Made by a program: the position numbers and the translations under genes. 64,000 nt of DNA from Mizuhopecten yessoensis (taxonomy: Eukaryota), in NCBI RefSeq assembly GCF_002113885.1, contig NW_018480060.1, forward strand, positions 207,496 through 271,495. Direction: 5' to 3'. This document shows positions 37,779-50,872 of the stretch, piece by piece. The first letter of the stretch is position 1. Every line of letters starts with the position of its first letter. A model generated the notes under the pieces. It searched no databases, was not told where the DNA came from, and saw nothing but the letters and a program-made list of their open reading frames with translations.

Positions 37779-40700
37779 AAACTTTTCATACTGTTGTTAA
37801 AGTAGCCACTGTTACTACTGAACGTTTCATACTGTTGTTAAGGTAGCCACTGTTCCTACTGAACTTGTCATACCGTTGTTAAGGTAGCCACTATTACTAC
37901 TGAACTTTTCATACTGTTGTTAAGGTAGCCAATGTTTCTTCTGAATGTTTCATACTGTTGTTAAGGTAGCCACTGTTACTACTGAACATTTCATACTGTT
38001 GTTAAGGTAGCCACTGTTATTACTGAACTTGTCATACCGTTGTTAAGGTAGCCACTATTACTACTGAACTTTTCATACTGTTGTTAAGGTAGCCAATGTT
38101 TCTTCTGAATGTTTCATACTGTTGTTAAGGTAGCCACTGTTTCTACTGAACGTTTCATACCGTTGTTAAGGTAGCCATTGTTACTACTGAATGTTTCATA
38201 CTGTTGTTAAGGTAGCCACTGTTTCTAATGAACGTTTCATACCGTTGTTAAGGTAGCCACTGTTACTACTGAATGTTTCATACTGTTGTTAAGGTAGCCA
38301 CTGTTTCTACTGAACGTTTCATACCGTTGTTAAGGTAGCCACTGTTCCTACTGAACGTGTCATACTGTTGTTAAGGTAGCCACTGTTACTACTGAACTTT
38401 TCATACTGTTGTTAAGGTAGCCACTGTTACTACTGAACTTGTCATACCGTTGTTAAGGTAGCCACTGTTACTACTGAACGTTTCATACTGTTGTTAAGGT
38501 AGCCACTGTTCCTACTGAACTTTTCATACTGTTGTTAATGTAGCCATTGTTACTACTGAACTTGTCATACTGTTGTTAAGGTAGCCACTGTTACTTCTGA
38601 ACTTTTCATACTGTTGTTAAGGTAGCCAGTGTTCCTACTGAACTTGTCATATCGTTGTTAAGGTAGCCACTATTACTACTGAACGTTTCATACTGTTGTT
38701 AAGGTAGCCACTGTTCTTACTGAACTTGTCATACCGTTGTTAAGGTAGCCACTGTTCCTACTGAACTTTTCATACCGTTGTTAAGGTAGCCACTGTTACT
38801 ACTGACCTTGTCATACCGTTGTTAAGGTAGCCACTGTTACTACTGACCTTGTCATACCGTTGTTAAGGAAGCCAGTGTTACTACTGAACTTTTCATACTG
38901 TTGTTAAGGTAGCCACTGTTACTACCGAACTTGTCATACCGTTGTTAAGGTAGCCAGGGTTACTACTGAACTTTTCATACCGTTGTTAAGGTAGCCACTG
39001 TTTCTACTGAACGTTTCATACCGTTGTTAAGGTAGCCAATGTTACTACTGAACGTTTCATACTGTTGTTAAGGTAGGCACTGTTACTACTGAACTTGTCA
39101 TACCGTTGTTAAGGAAGCCAGTGTTACTACTGAACTTTTCATACTGTTGTTAAGGTAGCCAGTGTTCCTACTGCACTTGTCATATCGTTGTTAAGGTAGC
39201 CACTATTACTACTGTGCGTTTCATACTGTTGTTAAGGTAGCCACTGTTACTAATGAACTTGTCATACTGTTGTTAAGGTAGCCACTGTTCCTACTGACCT
39301 TTCATACTGTTGTTAAGGTAGCCACTGTTACTAGTGAACTTGTCATACTGTTGTTAAGGTAGCCACTATTACTACTGAACGTTTCATACTGTTGTTAAGG
39401 TAGCAACTGTTACTACTGAACTTGTCATACCGTTGTTAAGTTAGCCACTGTTACTACTGAACGTTTCATACCGTTGTTAAGGTAGCCATTGTTACTACTG
39501 AATGTTTCATACTGTTGTTAAGGTAGCCACTGTTCTTACTGACCTTGTCATACCGTTGTTAAGGTAGCCACTGTTACTACTGAACGTGTCATACCATTGT
39601 TAAGGTAGCCAATGTTACTACCGAACGTTTCATACTGTTGTTAAGGTAGCCACTGTTCCCTGTTACTACTGAACTTGTCATACTGTTGTTAAGGGAGCCA
39701 CTGTTACTACTGAACTTGTCATACTGTTGTTAAGGGAGCCACTGTTACTACTGAACTTGTCATACTGTTGTTAAGGGAGCCACTGTTACTACTGAACTTG
39801 TCATACTGTTGTTAAGGTAGCCAGTGTTACTACTGAACGTTTCATACTGTTGTTAAGGTAGCCACTGTTACTACTGAACATTTCATACTGTTGTTAAGGT
39901 AGCCACTGTTCCCTGTTACTACTGAACTTGTCATACTGTTGTTAAGGTAGCCACTGTTACTAGTGAACTTGTCATACTGTTGTTAAGGTAGCCACTCTTA
40001 CTACTGAACTTGTCATACCATTGTTAAGGTAGCCAATGTTACTACCGAACGTTTCATACTGTTGTTAAGGTAGCCACTGTTCCCTGTTACTACTGAACTT
40101 GTCATACTGTTGTTAAGGTAGCCACTGTTACTACTGAATGTTTCATACTGTTGTTAAGGTAGCCACTGTTCTTACTGAACTTGTCATACCGTTGTTAAGG
40201 TAGCCACTGTTCCTACTGAACTTGTCATACCGTTGTTAAGGTAGCCAGGGTTACTACTGAACTTTTCATACCGTTGTTAAGGTAGCCACTGTTCCTACTG
40301 AACGTTTCATACTGTTGTTAAGGTACCCACTGTTACTACTGAACTTGTCATACCGTTCTTAAGGTAGCCAGTGTTACTACTGAACTTTTCATACTGTTGT
40401 TAAGGTAGCCAGTGTTCCTACTGAACTTTTCATACTGTTGTTAAGGTAGCCACTGTTACTACTGAACTTGTCATACCATTGTTAAGGTAGCCAATGTTAC
40501 TACTGAACGTTTCATACTGTTGTTAAGGTAGCCACTGTGACTACTGAACTTGTCATACTGTTGTTAAGTTAGCCACTGTTACTACTGAACTTGTAATACC
40601 GTTGTTAAGGTAGCCAGTGTTACTACTGACCTTTTCATACCGTTGTTAAGGTAGCCACTGTTTCTACTGAACGTTTCATACCGTTGTTAAGGTAGCCAAT

Positions 40701-42187
40701 GTTACTACCGAACGTTTCATACTGTTGTTAAGGTAGGCACTGTTACTACTGAACTTGTCATAGTGTTGTTAAGGTAGCCACTGTTACTAATGAACTTGTC
40801 ATACCGTTGTTAAGGCAGCCAGTGTTACTACTGAACTTTTCATCCCGTTGTTAAGGTAGCCACTGTTACTAATGAACTTGTCATACCGTTGTTAAGGAAG
40901 CCACTGTTACTACTGAACTTGTCATCCCGTTGTTAAGGTAGCCACTGTTACTACAGAACTTGTCATACCGTTGTTAAGGTAGCCCCTGTTACTACTGAAC
41001 TTGTCATACTGTTGTTAGGGTAGCCACTGTTACTACTGAACGTTTCATACCGTTGTCAAGGTAGCCAATGTTACTACTGAACGTTTCATACCGTTGTTAA
41101 GGTAGCCACTGTTTCTACTGAACTTGTCATACTGTTGTTAGGGTAGCCACTGTTACTACTGAACGTGTCATACCATTGTTAAGGTAGCCAATGTTACTAC
41201 TGAACGTTTCATACCGTTGTTAAGGTAGCCACTGTTTCTACTGAACGTTTCATACCGTTGTTAAGGTAGCCACTATTAATACTGAACTTGTCATGCTGTT
41301 GTTAAGGTAGCCACTGTTACTTCTGAACTTGCCATACTGTTGTTAAGGTAGCCACTGTGACTACTGAACTTGTCATACTGTTGTTAGGGTAGCCACTGTT
41401 ACTACTGAACGTTCCATACCGTTGTTAAGGTAGCCACTGTTACTACCGAACTTGTCATACCGTTGTTAAGGTTGAACTTTTCATACTGTTGTTAAGGTAG
41501 CCACATACTGTTGTTAAGGTAGCCAGTGTTCCTACTGAACTTTTCATACTGTTGTTAAGGTAGCCACATACTGTTGTTAAGGTAGCCAGTGTTACTGCTG
41601 AACTTGTCATACTGTTGTTAAGTTAGCCACTGTTACTACTGAACGTTTCATACTGTTTTTAAGGTAGCCACTGTTACTACTGACCTTGTCATACCGTTGT
41701 TAAGGTAGCCCCTGTTACTACTGAACTTGTCATACTGAACTTGTCATACCGTTGTTAAGGAAGCCACTGTTACTACTGAACTTGTCATACAATTGTTAAG
41801 GTAGCCAATGTTACTACTGAACGTTTCATACCGTTGTCAAGGTAGCCAATGTTACTACTGAACTTTTCATACCGTTGTTAAGGTAGCCACTATTAATACT
41901 GAACTTGTCATGCTGTTGTTAAGGTAGCCAGTGTTACGACTGAACTTGTCATACTGTTGTTAAGTTAGCCACTGTTACTACTGAATGTTTCATTCTGTTG
42001 TTAAGGTAGCCACTGTTACTACTGAACTTGTCATACTGTTGTTAAGGTAGCCACTGTTCCTTCTGAACTTGCCATACTGTTGTTAAGGTAGCCACTGTTA
42101 CTACTGAACTTGTCATACTGTTGTTAAGGTAGCCACTGTTACTACTGAACTTGTCATACTGTTGTTAAGGTAGCCACTGTTACTGCT
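37779..42187. repeat. 41-bp minisatellite (ACTGAACTTGTCATACTGTTGTTAAGGTAGCCACTGTTACT), ~107 diverged units, in the KLHL intron
   Basis: Direct periodicity of 41. Confidence 0.97.
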
Positions 42188-42836
42188 GGGAAATAATTGG
42201 CATCATATTTTTAGAATATATATCAAAAGTTATTAACAATACTTTATAAAAGTTTTAGTAGATTTATTGGAGAGGCTCTGAATAGGCAAAAGTCATGTGA
42301 TGAGTTGTATTTGTTGACATTCCTCTCCTCTGAACAAAATCTGAATAAAAAAGAGAAGTTCAAAGTTCATAGTTTGTGAACTTTTTTGTTTCAACTTTGA
42401 AAACTAGAAGAAACTCAGTTAATACACAAAACAATATATACTTGACGACTAGAGAAAATATAGCATCAGCCTTTATGACACACATAAGAACAGTATGATA
42501 CTGAGGAGTTGATTATTTTGGTCATTTGTACTTAATGGAAAAACGTTTGTGTGTCCAAATAATACGACAACGATCAGTATTGCATGTATAAGTAACGATT
42601 GTAGTATACAGTCCGTCATTGTTAAGGTGATGACTGGTTACAGAGTGAGTCACAGAAACTTGCCCCGAGTCACTCACTGGTCATCAGGTGGACCATGTAT
42701 ACCTGTCACTTTCTGGTATAGGAGCCGTGTACTGTTAGCATACTGTAAAACAAGATGGAATATTGTAAAAATGTCTTGTCAACTACATGAATTTACACAA
42801 ATATAACGATCACTAATGTTTTATTAATTGAAAGAA

Positions 42837-43225
42837 ATACATCACTGGTTGCAAATTTAAAAATTAAAATAAATTAAATTTAACATCTTTCTGACCTAGG
42901 TTTCCCTTGTCCTTGCTTTGTCCCACATGTCTTGTCCTTTGTCTTTTGTATGCATTTAATTTTTGTCTGTATACCTAATGTCACGAATACCATTTATTTA
43001 TTAATTTATTTATATAATAATTTGTGTGGGTATGTAATTGTAAGTGTAGGTGTGTCCGTGTGAATTCTTTTTTGTCTCTGTATATAGGTACATGCTTGAT
43101 AAATATTTATTCATAGTGAATTAATTAGCAACAACTCTTAAGCTTTAAGAGCTTAACCAACAATCATGTACCATATGTGTCGTATCATGTCATGTAAAAA
43201 AATTGAAAATTAATAAAAAAAAAAA
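42837..43225 (+). mobile_element. 3' tail of a poly(A) retroelement (L1/Tx1-like) with an 11-bp TSD
   Basis: AATTGAAAGAA at 42826-42836 and 43226-43236; T-rich UTR, then AATAAA and an A-tail. Confidence 0.7.
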
Positions 43226-43534
43226 AATTGAAAGAAGGAATGGTAAACAGCTATTATAAAGATTTATAAATATAAATAGGATAATCTTAAATGTTTGTAT
43301 ATTGAAAATATTAAAAACCAAAAAAATAGACAAATTTTGACTTATAATGATTTAGTTAATTTTAAATGTTTTGAAGTTGAAAATATTTAATTTTTAAAAA
43401 TATTCAGATTTTGACTTATGATGGTAACGGTAAGTTAAGTCCAGAAATGGATCCTGATACATTGTGATGTACATGTAATTATTATATTATGTTTTTAAAT
43501 TTTGTAAGAATTTCTTTTTCTTAACTCTTTTCAG

Positions 43535-45905
43535 AAAAGACTCCAAAGAGAATACAAAGGACAGGAAAGGTTCCTCAAGCAGTGACAGTACTGAGGCACA
43601 TGGTGCATCTCCTCAGCCAAAACCCACCAAATCAAGTGTTGAGCCTAAGACAAATGGTAACCATACAACTCCAAAACGAGATCTGACAGCACCAACAAAG
43701 AGTAGCTCGGCGAAGGTGAAACCTGTAGCTCCAAAGAAGCCATTACCGACACCTCACAAAACTGAACCTGTTAAAAAGACTGAGAAATCATTGAAAAACG
43801 GCTCGGGTAAAAAGAAAACAAGCTCGTCAGAATCTTTACAGGAATCTGAGTCCAAGTCAAACAAGGAGAAGACCATTCCACCAGAGGACAAAGTGGTGGA
43901 CGACGTGTCAGTCAATGGTAAAACACAGAAGTCTGCTCCGAAGTCAGACTCTCTCAGTCCTCAAAAGTCGACTCCACCAGCAGACGCAACAAGTTCTCAA
44001 ACCAGTTCTACCAATGATGACCGCCCAGGTGACCATTCAATAACACCTGGAGAAACAGTCGACCAATCAGTAGCCTCCTCTCATCACCCCTCTGTTGCTG
44101 CCGCTGATACCACACGCAGTATGGCTTCCTGTGACCCTCACACCATTGCTGGCATCAACCCAGAGACTACTGAACGCATGATAATTAGTAAGGGCAAGGT
44201 CAAGTACATCAACTTAATCTACAAGAAGGTTGAGGCCAAGATTTATGACTACAAGTGTGACGTTAAACTCCTGGTTGGGAAGGAACATTTCCGTGCTCAT
44301 CGAGATGTTCTTTCAGATGCGAGTGACTATTTTGGTGCAATGTTCTCGCACGATATGAAGGAGAAAGGACAGGACACTATAGAACTGAAGGAAATCAGTC
44401 CCAAGGGCATTACTGTGATGCTTGACTACTTTTACCATGGATACATCACCGTGGATACCACTAACATTGAAGACATCATAGAAGCTGCACGCTTCTTCCA
44501 TGTCGAGTGGATATTGGAGGTTAGCTGTGATTTTCTGGTCCAGTGTATGAGCATTGTAAACTACCCTGCCGTTCTCACAATGACCGATAAATACACTCTT
44601 GGTGACCTGCGATATGAAATCCTTGTGTTTTTCAGCCGTAATCTAGAAGCCTTGTCTAAGGAAGATGACTTTTATACAAATTTGCCTTATGAACTTTTGT
44701 TACAGTTTCTCATGGATGATATCTATATTGAATGCTCTGAATATTTCTTGGTTCAGAACTTGTTGAAGTGGTTGGCAGTAGATCCAGTTGGGCGTAAGGA
44801 CCAGTTTCAATCCCTTGTGAGGCAAATCCGCTTCTTTCTGATGGAGGCGGAAGAATTGGAGGCACTCCCTGAGGATGTGACCAAAATTGCAGGGTTGAAG
44901 GAGGAGATTAAAGAAGCCATTAATCACAATCTCAACATCATGGGTCAGTGTCTTAAATGTGGAGAGAAGTACATCCCCAGGGGCTGTAGATCTGTTGCCA
45001 CCATCTTTTCCTTCTCAGAAGAAGGTTATTTCATTATTTACCGAGATCCATCCAAGCCTGGCCTCACCATGGAACAACTTGGACCCTGTGGATTGGACAC
45101 CACAGACTACCAGGCAATGTCACAAGCAAAGATTGGTAACTTCCTGTATGCAGCTGGGGGTTATGATGAAAACTTCTCAAGTACGCCCCGAATGTTTCGG
45201 TTTGATCCCCGTTTCAGGGATTGGACGGAGGTAGCTCCCATGAATGAACCCCGTGTCTCTTTCTGCCTGTGTAGTTCTGACCATGACTTGTTTGCTGTTG
45301 GAGGTGTTCATCGTGTTCACATTGATGATGACAATGAACCGGAGACTATCCTTGACTCAGTAGAGATATACTGTCCACAAGACAACCAGTGGACCAACAC
45401 GACCCCCATGCCCATCAAGGTGTTCGACATGGCTGCAGCCTATTACAACGGCTCTCTGTATGTCTGTGGCGGCATTAGTGCTGACCCACACCACCCCTGT
45501 CCCTTGGGGGCAGTCTATAGTCTCAAGGTAGGTGGTGATGATGGGTGGGTCAAGCGTACAGACATGATAACTCGTCGTCAAGGACACAGTCTAACTCCCT
45601 ACAAAGGAAAACTCTATGCCATAGGAGGTTACAGCATGCCTGAAACTCATTTCAGTGAGTGTTACGAGAATGAAGTGTACGACATAGAAACCAATCAATG
45701 GACTCAGTTTACCCCCATACCGATCGAGTACGGCCACCTGTATCGTCATAATGGCATCCTGAACGGGGTCATCTTCTTTCTTGGAGGAGACACCCCTGAA
45801 GCATTTCTGTACATGTATGACATAGACGCTGACCAGTGGGAGGAGGTAGAACATGTGGGAAGTAACGTCCAGAAACTCGCAGTGCTGGATGTGGCTTACC
45901 CATAA
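43535..45905 (+). CDS. Kelch-like protein (low-complexity N-terminus, BTB, BACK, kelch propeller), putative Cullin3 adaptor; ~804 aa including the upstream exon
   Basis: CDVKLLVGKEHFRAHRDVLSDASDYFGAMF (BTB), BACK LVRQIRF, and repeated LYAAGG/W..VAPM kelch motifs. Polypyrimidine acceptor at 43534; the frame is open upstream of the GTG in the track. Subfamily not resolved. Confidence 0.95.
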
Positions 45906-46408
45906 ACCAACACTAGACGTCATGGCATGAGAGTCCACCCAGTATCGCTACTAATACTGTACAGTTGATCCACTCACACCAATATGAATACATACGTGTT
46001 ACCTACCCTGCCATTCCAGCTAGGGGTGCTCCTACTGTAGGAGGGAACTTACAGTACAAGACAAGACATGACAAGACAAGACATGGCAGTTGAATGAATA
46101 TCCAGAAACTAGTCGCGCTGGATGTGGCTTATCGATAAACCCACACCTGTCATCATTTCAACAAATGGAGAGCTCTTTTGTTTTTATCTACAAGACCTTC
46201 TTGTCAGCAATTTTAATGTCTTCTCAAAATGGCATTCAGTATGCAATGCAATGGCGTAAAAGTGACAACTTTTTTGGTCTGATTGATTCTGTATACAAGA
46301 AAATGCTGTAAAGTATTTGGATCTGACTGGTTAGCATTGATAGTCTCTATTAGCTTATGGCTTTTTCTGCACAAATAAAAATTGAGTTTTATATACAAAT
46401 TACACTGC

Positions 46409-46615
46409 TAAAGGGCCTGTCACACACTGCTGATGTACCTCACGGGGACTAAACCGGAGCAAAATATTAACAGCGAGAAAACTAACGATGAACTACCGAT
46501 CTTATCGATGTGGTACCATTGCGCTGCGCTACTAGTACCAATTCCGGGAAATCACCAAACTTGTGCTCCGGTATAGCTCCGGCAACCAAATCGGCTAGTT
46601 GTGACAGGGCCTTAA
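46409..46615. mobile_element. PIF/Harbinger-like MITE in the probable KLHL 3' UTR
   Basis: Ends TAAAGGGCCTGTCACA ... TGTGACAGGGCCTTA. Confidence 0.65.
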
Positions 46616-47299
46616 ATGATAAAATATCTGCCAGACAATTGCCATATTAACTTATAAACTGTAGGTTAGGATAAAACATCTTAGTAGTTGTATACAGATA
46701 TGCTAAGTAAACTAATATCTATAAATTCTGTCTATTATCTTTCAAACCATCTAATACAGCTATATCTTTTATGGACAGGAAAGATTGTATGGGAGGATTG
46801 TAAGGCTAGACAGTGTACGTTTGTGTTTTGCGAGTCACTGGCATGGCTCGTATCTATAGTCATAAGTCTAACAGGTTGTTACACCTCAAGCCATTTTTGT
46901 TTTTGTGTGGAAGCTTTCTGTAAGCTTGTATGTGTGACTGAGAGGTTGAGTTCAACTTTGTTCATCTGAAAAATTGAGATGTTTCCTACCATTAGGGTTC
47001 TATCCCTCCAGTCACCTGGGTTTAGTCACGGACTATCTACAGTAAATGTGTCAGTCTGGAGATCTCTGACTGTGATGGCCTTTCCTTTCTGTCAAGTTAA
47101 ATGCATATTCAATGTTATCTGAATTTATATAAATGTACAATGTATGTTTTAAGAATCTATACCCAATATTTTTGTATGGTTTATACTTCTGTATACACTG
47201 TTTGTTTAAAACATCTATAAACAATGTTTTTGTTTTAAACAACAGTTGATAGCTTTTGCCTTCCACATCATTATACAATGTATGTTTTCAAACAGCTAT

Positions 47300-47425
47300 T
47301 GAGTTAACAAAGTATGTTTACAACAACTAGCTACAATGTATGTTTACAACAACAAGTTACAATGTATGTTTACAACAACTAGCTACAATGTATGTTTACA
47401 ACAACAAGTTACAATGTATGTTTTC
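47300..47425. repeat. 26-bp tandem repeat, ~4-5 units
   Basis: TACAATGTATGTTTACAACAAC(T/A)AG(C/T) periodicity. Confidence 0.8.
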
Positions 47426-48867
47426 TACAGTGTTTAGTTTCAAAATACAAAAACTGTACCTGCATGTGGTTTAACATTCGTTAGATATGCTAATGTTTTT
47501 AACATCGGTATAAATGTTAATTTCAAATTGTAATAAACTAGTCCAGATTTTTAACATCCACTACAACTCACATTCTGTTAAATATTGTCAAATAACATAA
47601 AAGTGTATGAGCTAACATGTGCTACAGTTAATTAGTTGTTATTTTTGCTCAATTTTCATTGGACGAAAGATATTGTAAGAGATTTATTATTAAGCAATTT
47701 TTGAAGCAAATGCAATATAGGGTTGATAAGTAAGGAGTTGATGTATAGAATGTCTGTGCCAACAGAGATGTGTCTGTTAGATGGCTTAACTCGAACAATT
47801 TTATGAGTTCAAAGTTTCATTTCCAAAAATGTATGACCACCACAAGGTATTTCAACCCAATGTATCATCATTAAAAACTGAGTTCAGTCATATGTATGAA
47901 TGTTTGCTTGCTTTACATGTAGAATCTCGTCGCATTTTATTTTAGATGTATTTTATTAACCGTTTATAAATGCGTTCACCTTTTAGTTCACGTTTATTCC
48001 AATGCTAATGCTTTTTAGTTGGTACATATATTTATGTAAATTAGTATTAATTTTGATTTTAGCTGTACTTTAACTTCCTGTTGATACATAAAGAATATAC
48101 ATGATTATTGATTTACATTCCATGCCTTTAACATGAAGATGTACATGCAATCTGTATGATTTAGCTTTTGTTCGAGTTGTTGATTGTTGTGGAGGGATCA
48201 ATATATATTTGTATATTTACCAGACAGAACAAAAAATGTATGTTATTTTTAGTAAGTAAGACAAGTATATACAATAAAACGTGTTTATAACTTTGAAGTC
48301 TTAGGGTAATGATCACAAATCTAAAACGTCATGTCCTACACCGTTGTGTTGATCACTTTTTGGATTGTTGTATCAATTATCAATAAAAAAATCCCGTTTC
48401 TATAGTCCTGTCATTCTGATATTTCCTTGGATTTCAAAACTTTTGAATGAGTAATGTCCCTCAATAAAAATAAAAGCCTGTTATCAGAATCATGTTATAA
48501 ACCTGTTTTACTGTACTGTATGTAGGTTGTGAAATGGATAATCATGTTTGGAGTGTACACTAATTATCTGCAAGAGTTTATCCTCATTTCTTGGTGTTTA
48601 ACGTAGTTCTCACAAAAATGTCCTTTATATAAACTAAATCTTGCCAATTGTGTTTCTGCGTTTCCTATTTTCTTTATTGTTTTCTATCTACGGTATAGTG
48701 ATTATAAAAATGTATTTATGTACATTATATTAATGCTGTGTATTTGATACACTAATCAAACATTTTCTTTGAACATTTCACTTGTGCAGATTATCATTTA
48801 TATATTGTTTGGCAATTTATTGTCCGTTTATTCTTGAAATTCCACACTTCAGTGAAATTGATTTTCA

Positions 48868-49382
48868 AGTAGACCACCACACGGGGTGGTCAGATTGTAT
48901 AGACATTGTCTAGTGGACCACCACACGGGGTGGTCAGATTGTATAGACATTGTCTAGTAGACCACCACACTGGGTGGTCAGATTGTATAGACATTGTCTA
49001 GTAGACCACCACACGGGGTGGTCAGATTGTATAGACATTGTCTAGTAGACCACCACACTTGATGATCTGATTGTATAGACATTGTCTAGTAGACCACCAC
49101 ACTGGGTGGTCAGATTGTATAGACATTGTCTAGTAGACCATCACACTTGATGATCTGATTGCATAGACATTGTCTAGTAGACCATCACACTTGATTATCT
49201 GATTGTATAGACATTGTCTAGTAGACCATCGCACTTGATGATCTGATTGTATAGACATTGTCTAGTTGACCATCACACTTGATGATCTGATTGTATAGCC
49301 ATTGTCTAGTAGACCATCACCCTTGATGATCTGATTGTATAGACATTGTCTAGTAGACCATCACACTTGATTATCAGATTGC
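48868..49382. repeat. 44-bp tandem repeat, ~11.5 units, each with two hairpins
   Basis: AGTAGACCACCACACGGGGTGGTCAGATTGTATAGACATTGTCT and variants. Confidence 0.93.
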
Positions 49383-49958
49383 AAAGTTGATAGTTCATTC
49401 ACCTTTCACCAAGTTGGCCTTGGTTCAATTCCTTGATATGACTTTGGTCACCTACTTTATGGCGTTGGTTATTTTTGTTCTAGGTAATCCAGTTTCCTCC
49501 TACATTTACTCTTTTTGAGCTTTCATTCAAGCCATCGAAAGTGATTAATATATATAAATTTGAAAAATTTGATTCATGATTGTTGTAAAATAAATAAAGC
49601 TTATGTCTTTATTTGTAGTAGATCACTGTCATGGTACAATGTCCAGAAGACCATCGGACAGAAGTGACTATTTTCACCAAAGCACCCAGAGAATTTGTTC
49701 CGGGAAAATAGCTTGACACTGTAAAATTAAAGCACTGTACGTTTCATGTCTCTGTGGAGATAAATATCAGTTGATATCTGACAATGTATTACTACAGAAT
49801 GACCTACCTTTACCTGTTTGTAGCCTCGAAAATTACACCAGAGAGGAGGCTGGTAAATGTTCTATCTGTGTACTGTGTGGTTTATATGTTGTATTTACTT
49901 CTAATTAATTATGTAAGTGCCTGACAGAGCAAAAATGTCTAGAAAAAGTGGTAGGGAA

Positions 49959-50197
49959 AGTCTCTTTGCCCTTCAAGCAGTTGTCTGTAAGGAGGTGGAG
50001 TCTCTTTGCCCTTAAAGCAGTTGTCTGTAAGGAGGTGGAGTCTCCTTGCCCTTAAAGCAGTTGTCTGTGAGGAGGTGGAGTCTCCTTGCCCTTAAAGCAG
50101 TTGTCTGTAAGGAGGTGGAGTCTCTTTGCCCTTAAAGCAGTTGTCTGTAAGGAGGTGGAGTCTCCTTGCCCTTAAAGCAGTTGTCTGTGAGGAGGTG
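49959..50197. repeat. 40-bp tandem repeat, 6 units
   Basis: AGTCTC(C/T)TTGCCCTTAAAGCAGTTGTCTGT(A/G)AGGAGGTGG. Confidence 0.93.
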
Positions 50198-50216
50198 CTA
50201 GTGGCCAGGTACAGAA

Positions 50217-50522
50217 AGGTTTGGTCGGTTTGTGCTGTACGTCCATTTAACATCTATGGTCGTTTAAGGACAAGCAAGGTTTTGGTGGTAGAGGAAAACC
50301 AGAGTACCTGGAGAAACTCCACCAACCTGTGGCCAGTACCTGGAGAAACTCCATCAACCTGTGGCCAGTACGTGGAGTTTCTCCACCAACCTGTGGCCAG
50401 TACCTGGAGAACTCCACCAACCTGTGGCCAGTACCTGGAGAAACTCCACCAACCTGTGGCCAGTACCTGATGACTGCCCCTCTTTGGCTACCACATACCC
50501 AAAAGACTGCTGAGGGTTGAAT
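50217..50522 (-). mobile_element. SINE remnant with an internal ~32-bp unit amplified 5 times
   Basis: Minus strand reads GTTTCTCCAGGTACTCTGGTTTTCCTC (conserved SINE central-domain motif) and ends in a GGACGT...(AAACC)n-like tail. Confidence 0.6.
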
Positions 50523-50782
50523 GTACAATGAAGGCAGGGAATGATTATTTTTCTCCCACCCTTAAAAAGGATGATTAGACGAAAAATAATACTTTCTTTG
50601 TATGCCAACTGCTCATGATCAGCTTGATGAAATCACATGATGAAATGTTTTCATGGTGATACCACAAGCATGTATAGCTCGTCTATACCCGGGGGGGGGG
50701 GGGGGGGGGGGAAAAAAAANTCACTAGAGTGAGAGTCATATCGATGAAGAGTAGGAAAATCAAACTTTATTAGTACTACAGA

Positions 50783-50872
50783 TTAACTCATTCACCCCTG
50801 AAGACACATTTGAACTCTTCCAATTCAAAGGTTGGAATAGTCCATTATGATATTTTCAGAGGTGAATGAGTT
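50783..50872. mobile_element. ~88-bp MITE, copy 3 (opposite orientation to copies 1 and 2)
   Basis: TTAACTCATTCACCCCTGAA ... TTCAGAGGTGAATGAGTT. Confidence 0.85.

Noticed and set aside
37779-42187. 41-bp array as a second splice-donor array (AAG|GTAGCC)
   Set aside because: Poor donor consensus at +4 to +6 and no similarity to the flanking exons.
50691-50720. Poly-G/poly-A run
   Set aside because: Adjacent to an n; probably a contig-end sequencing artefact.
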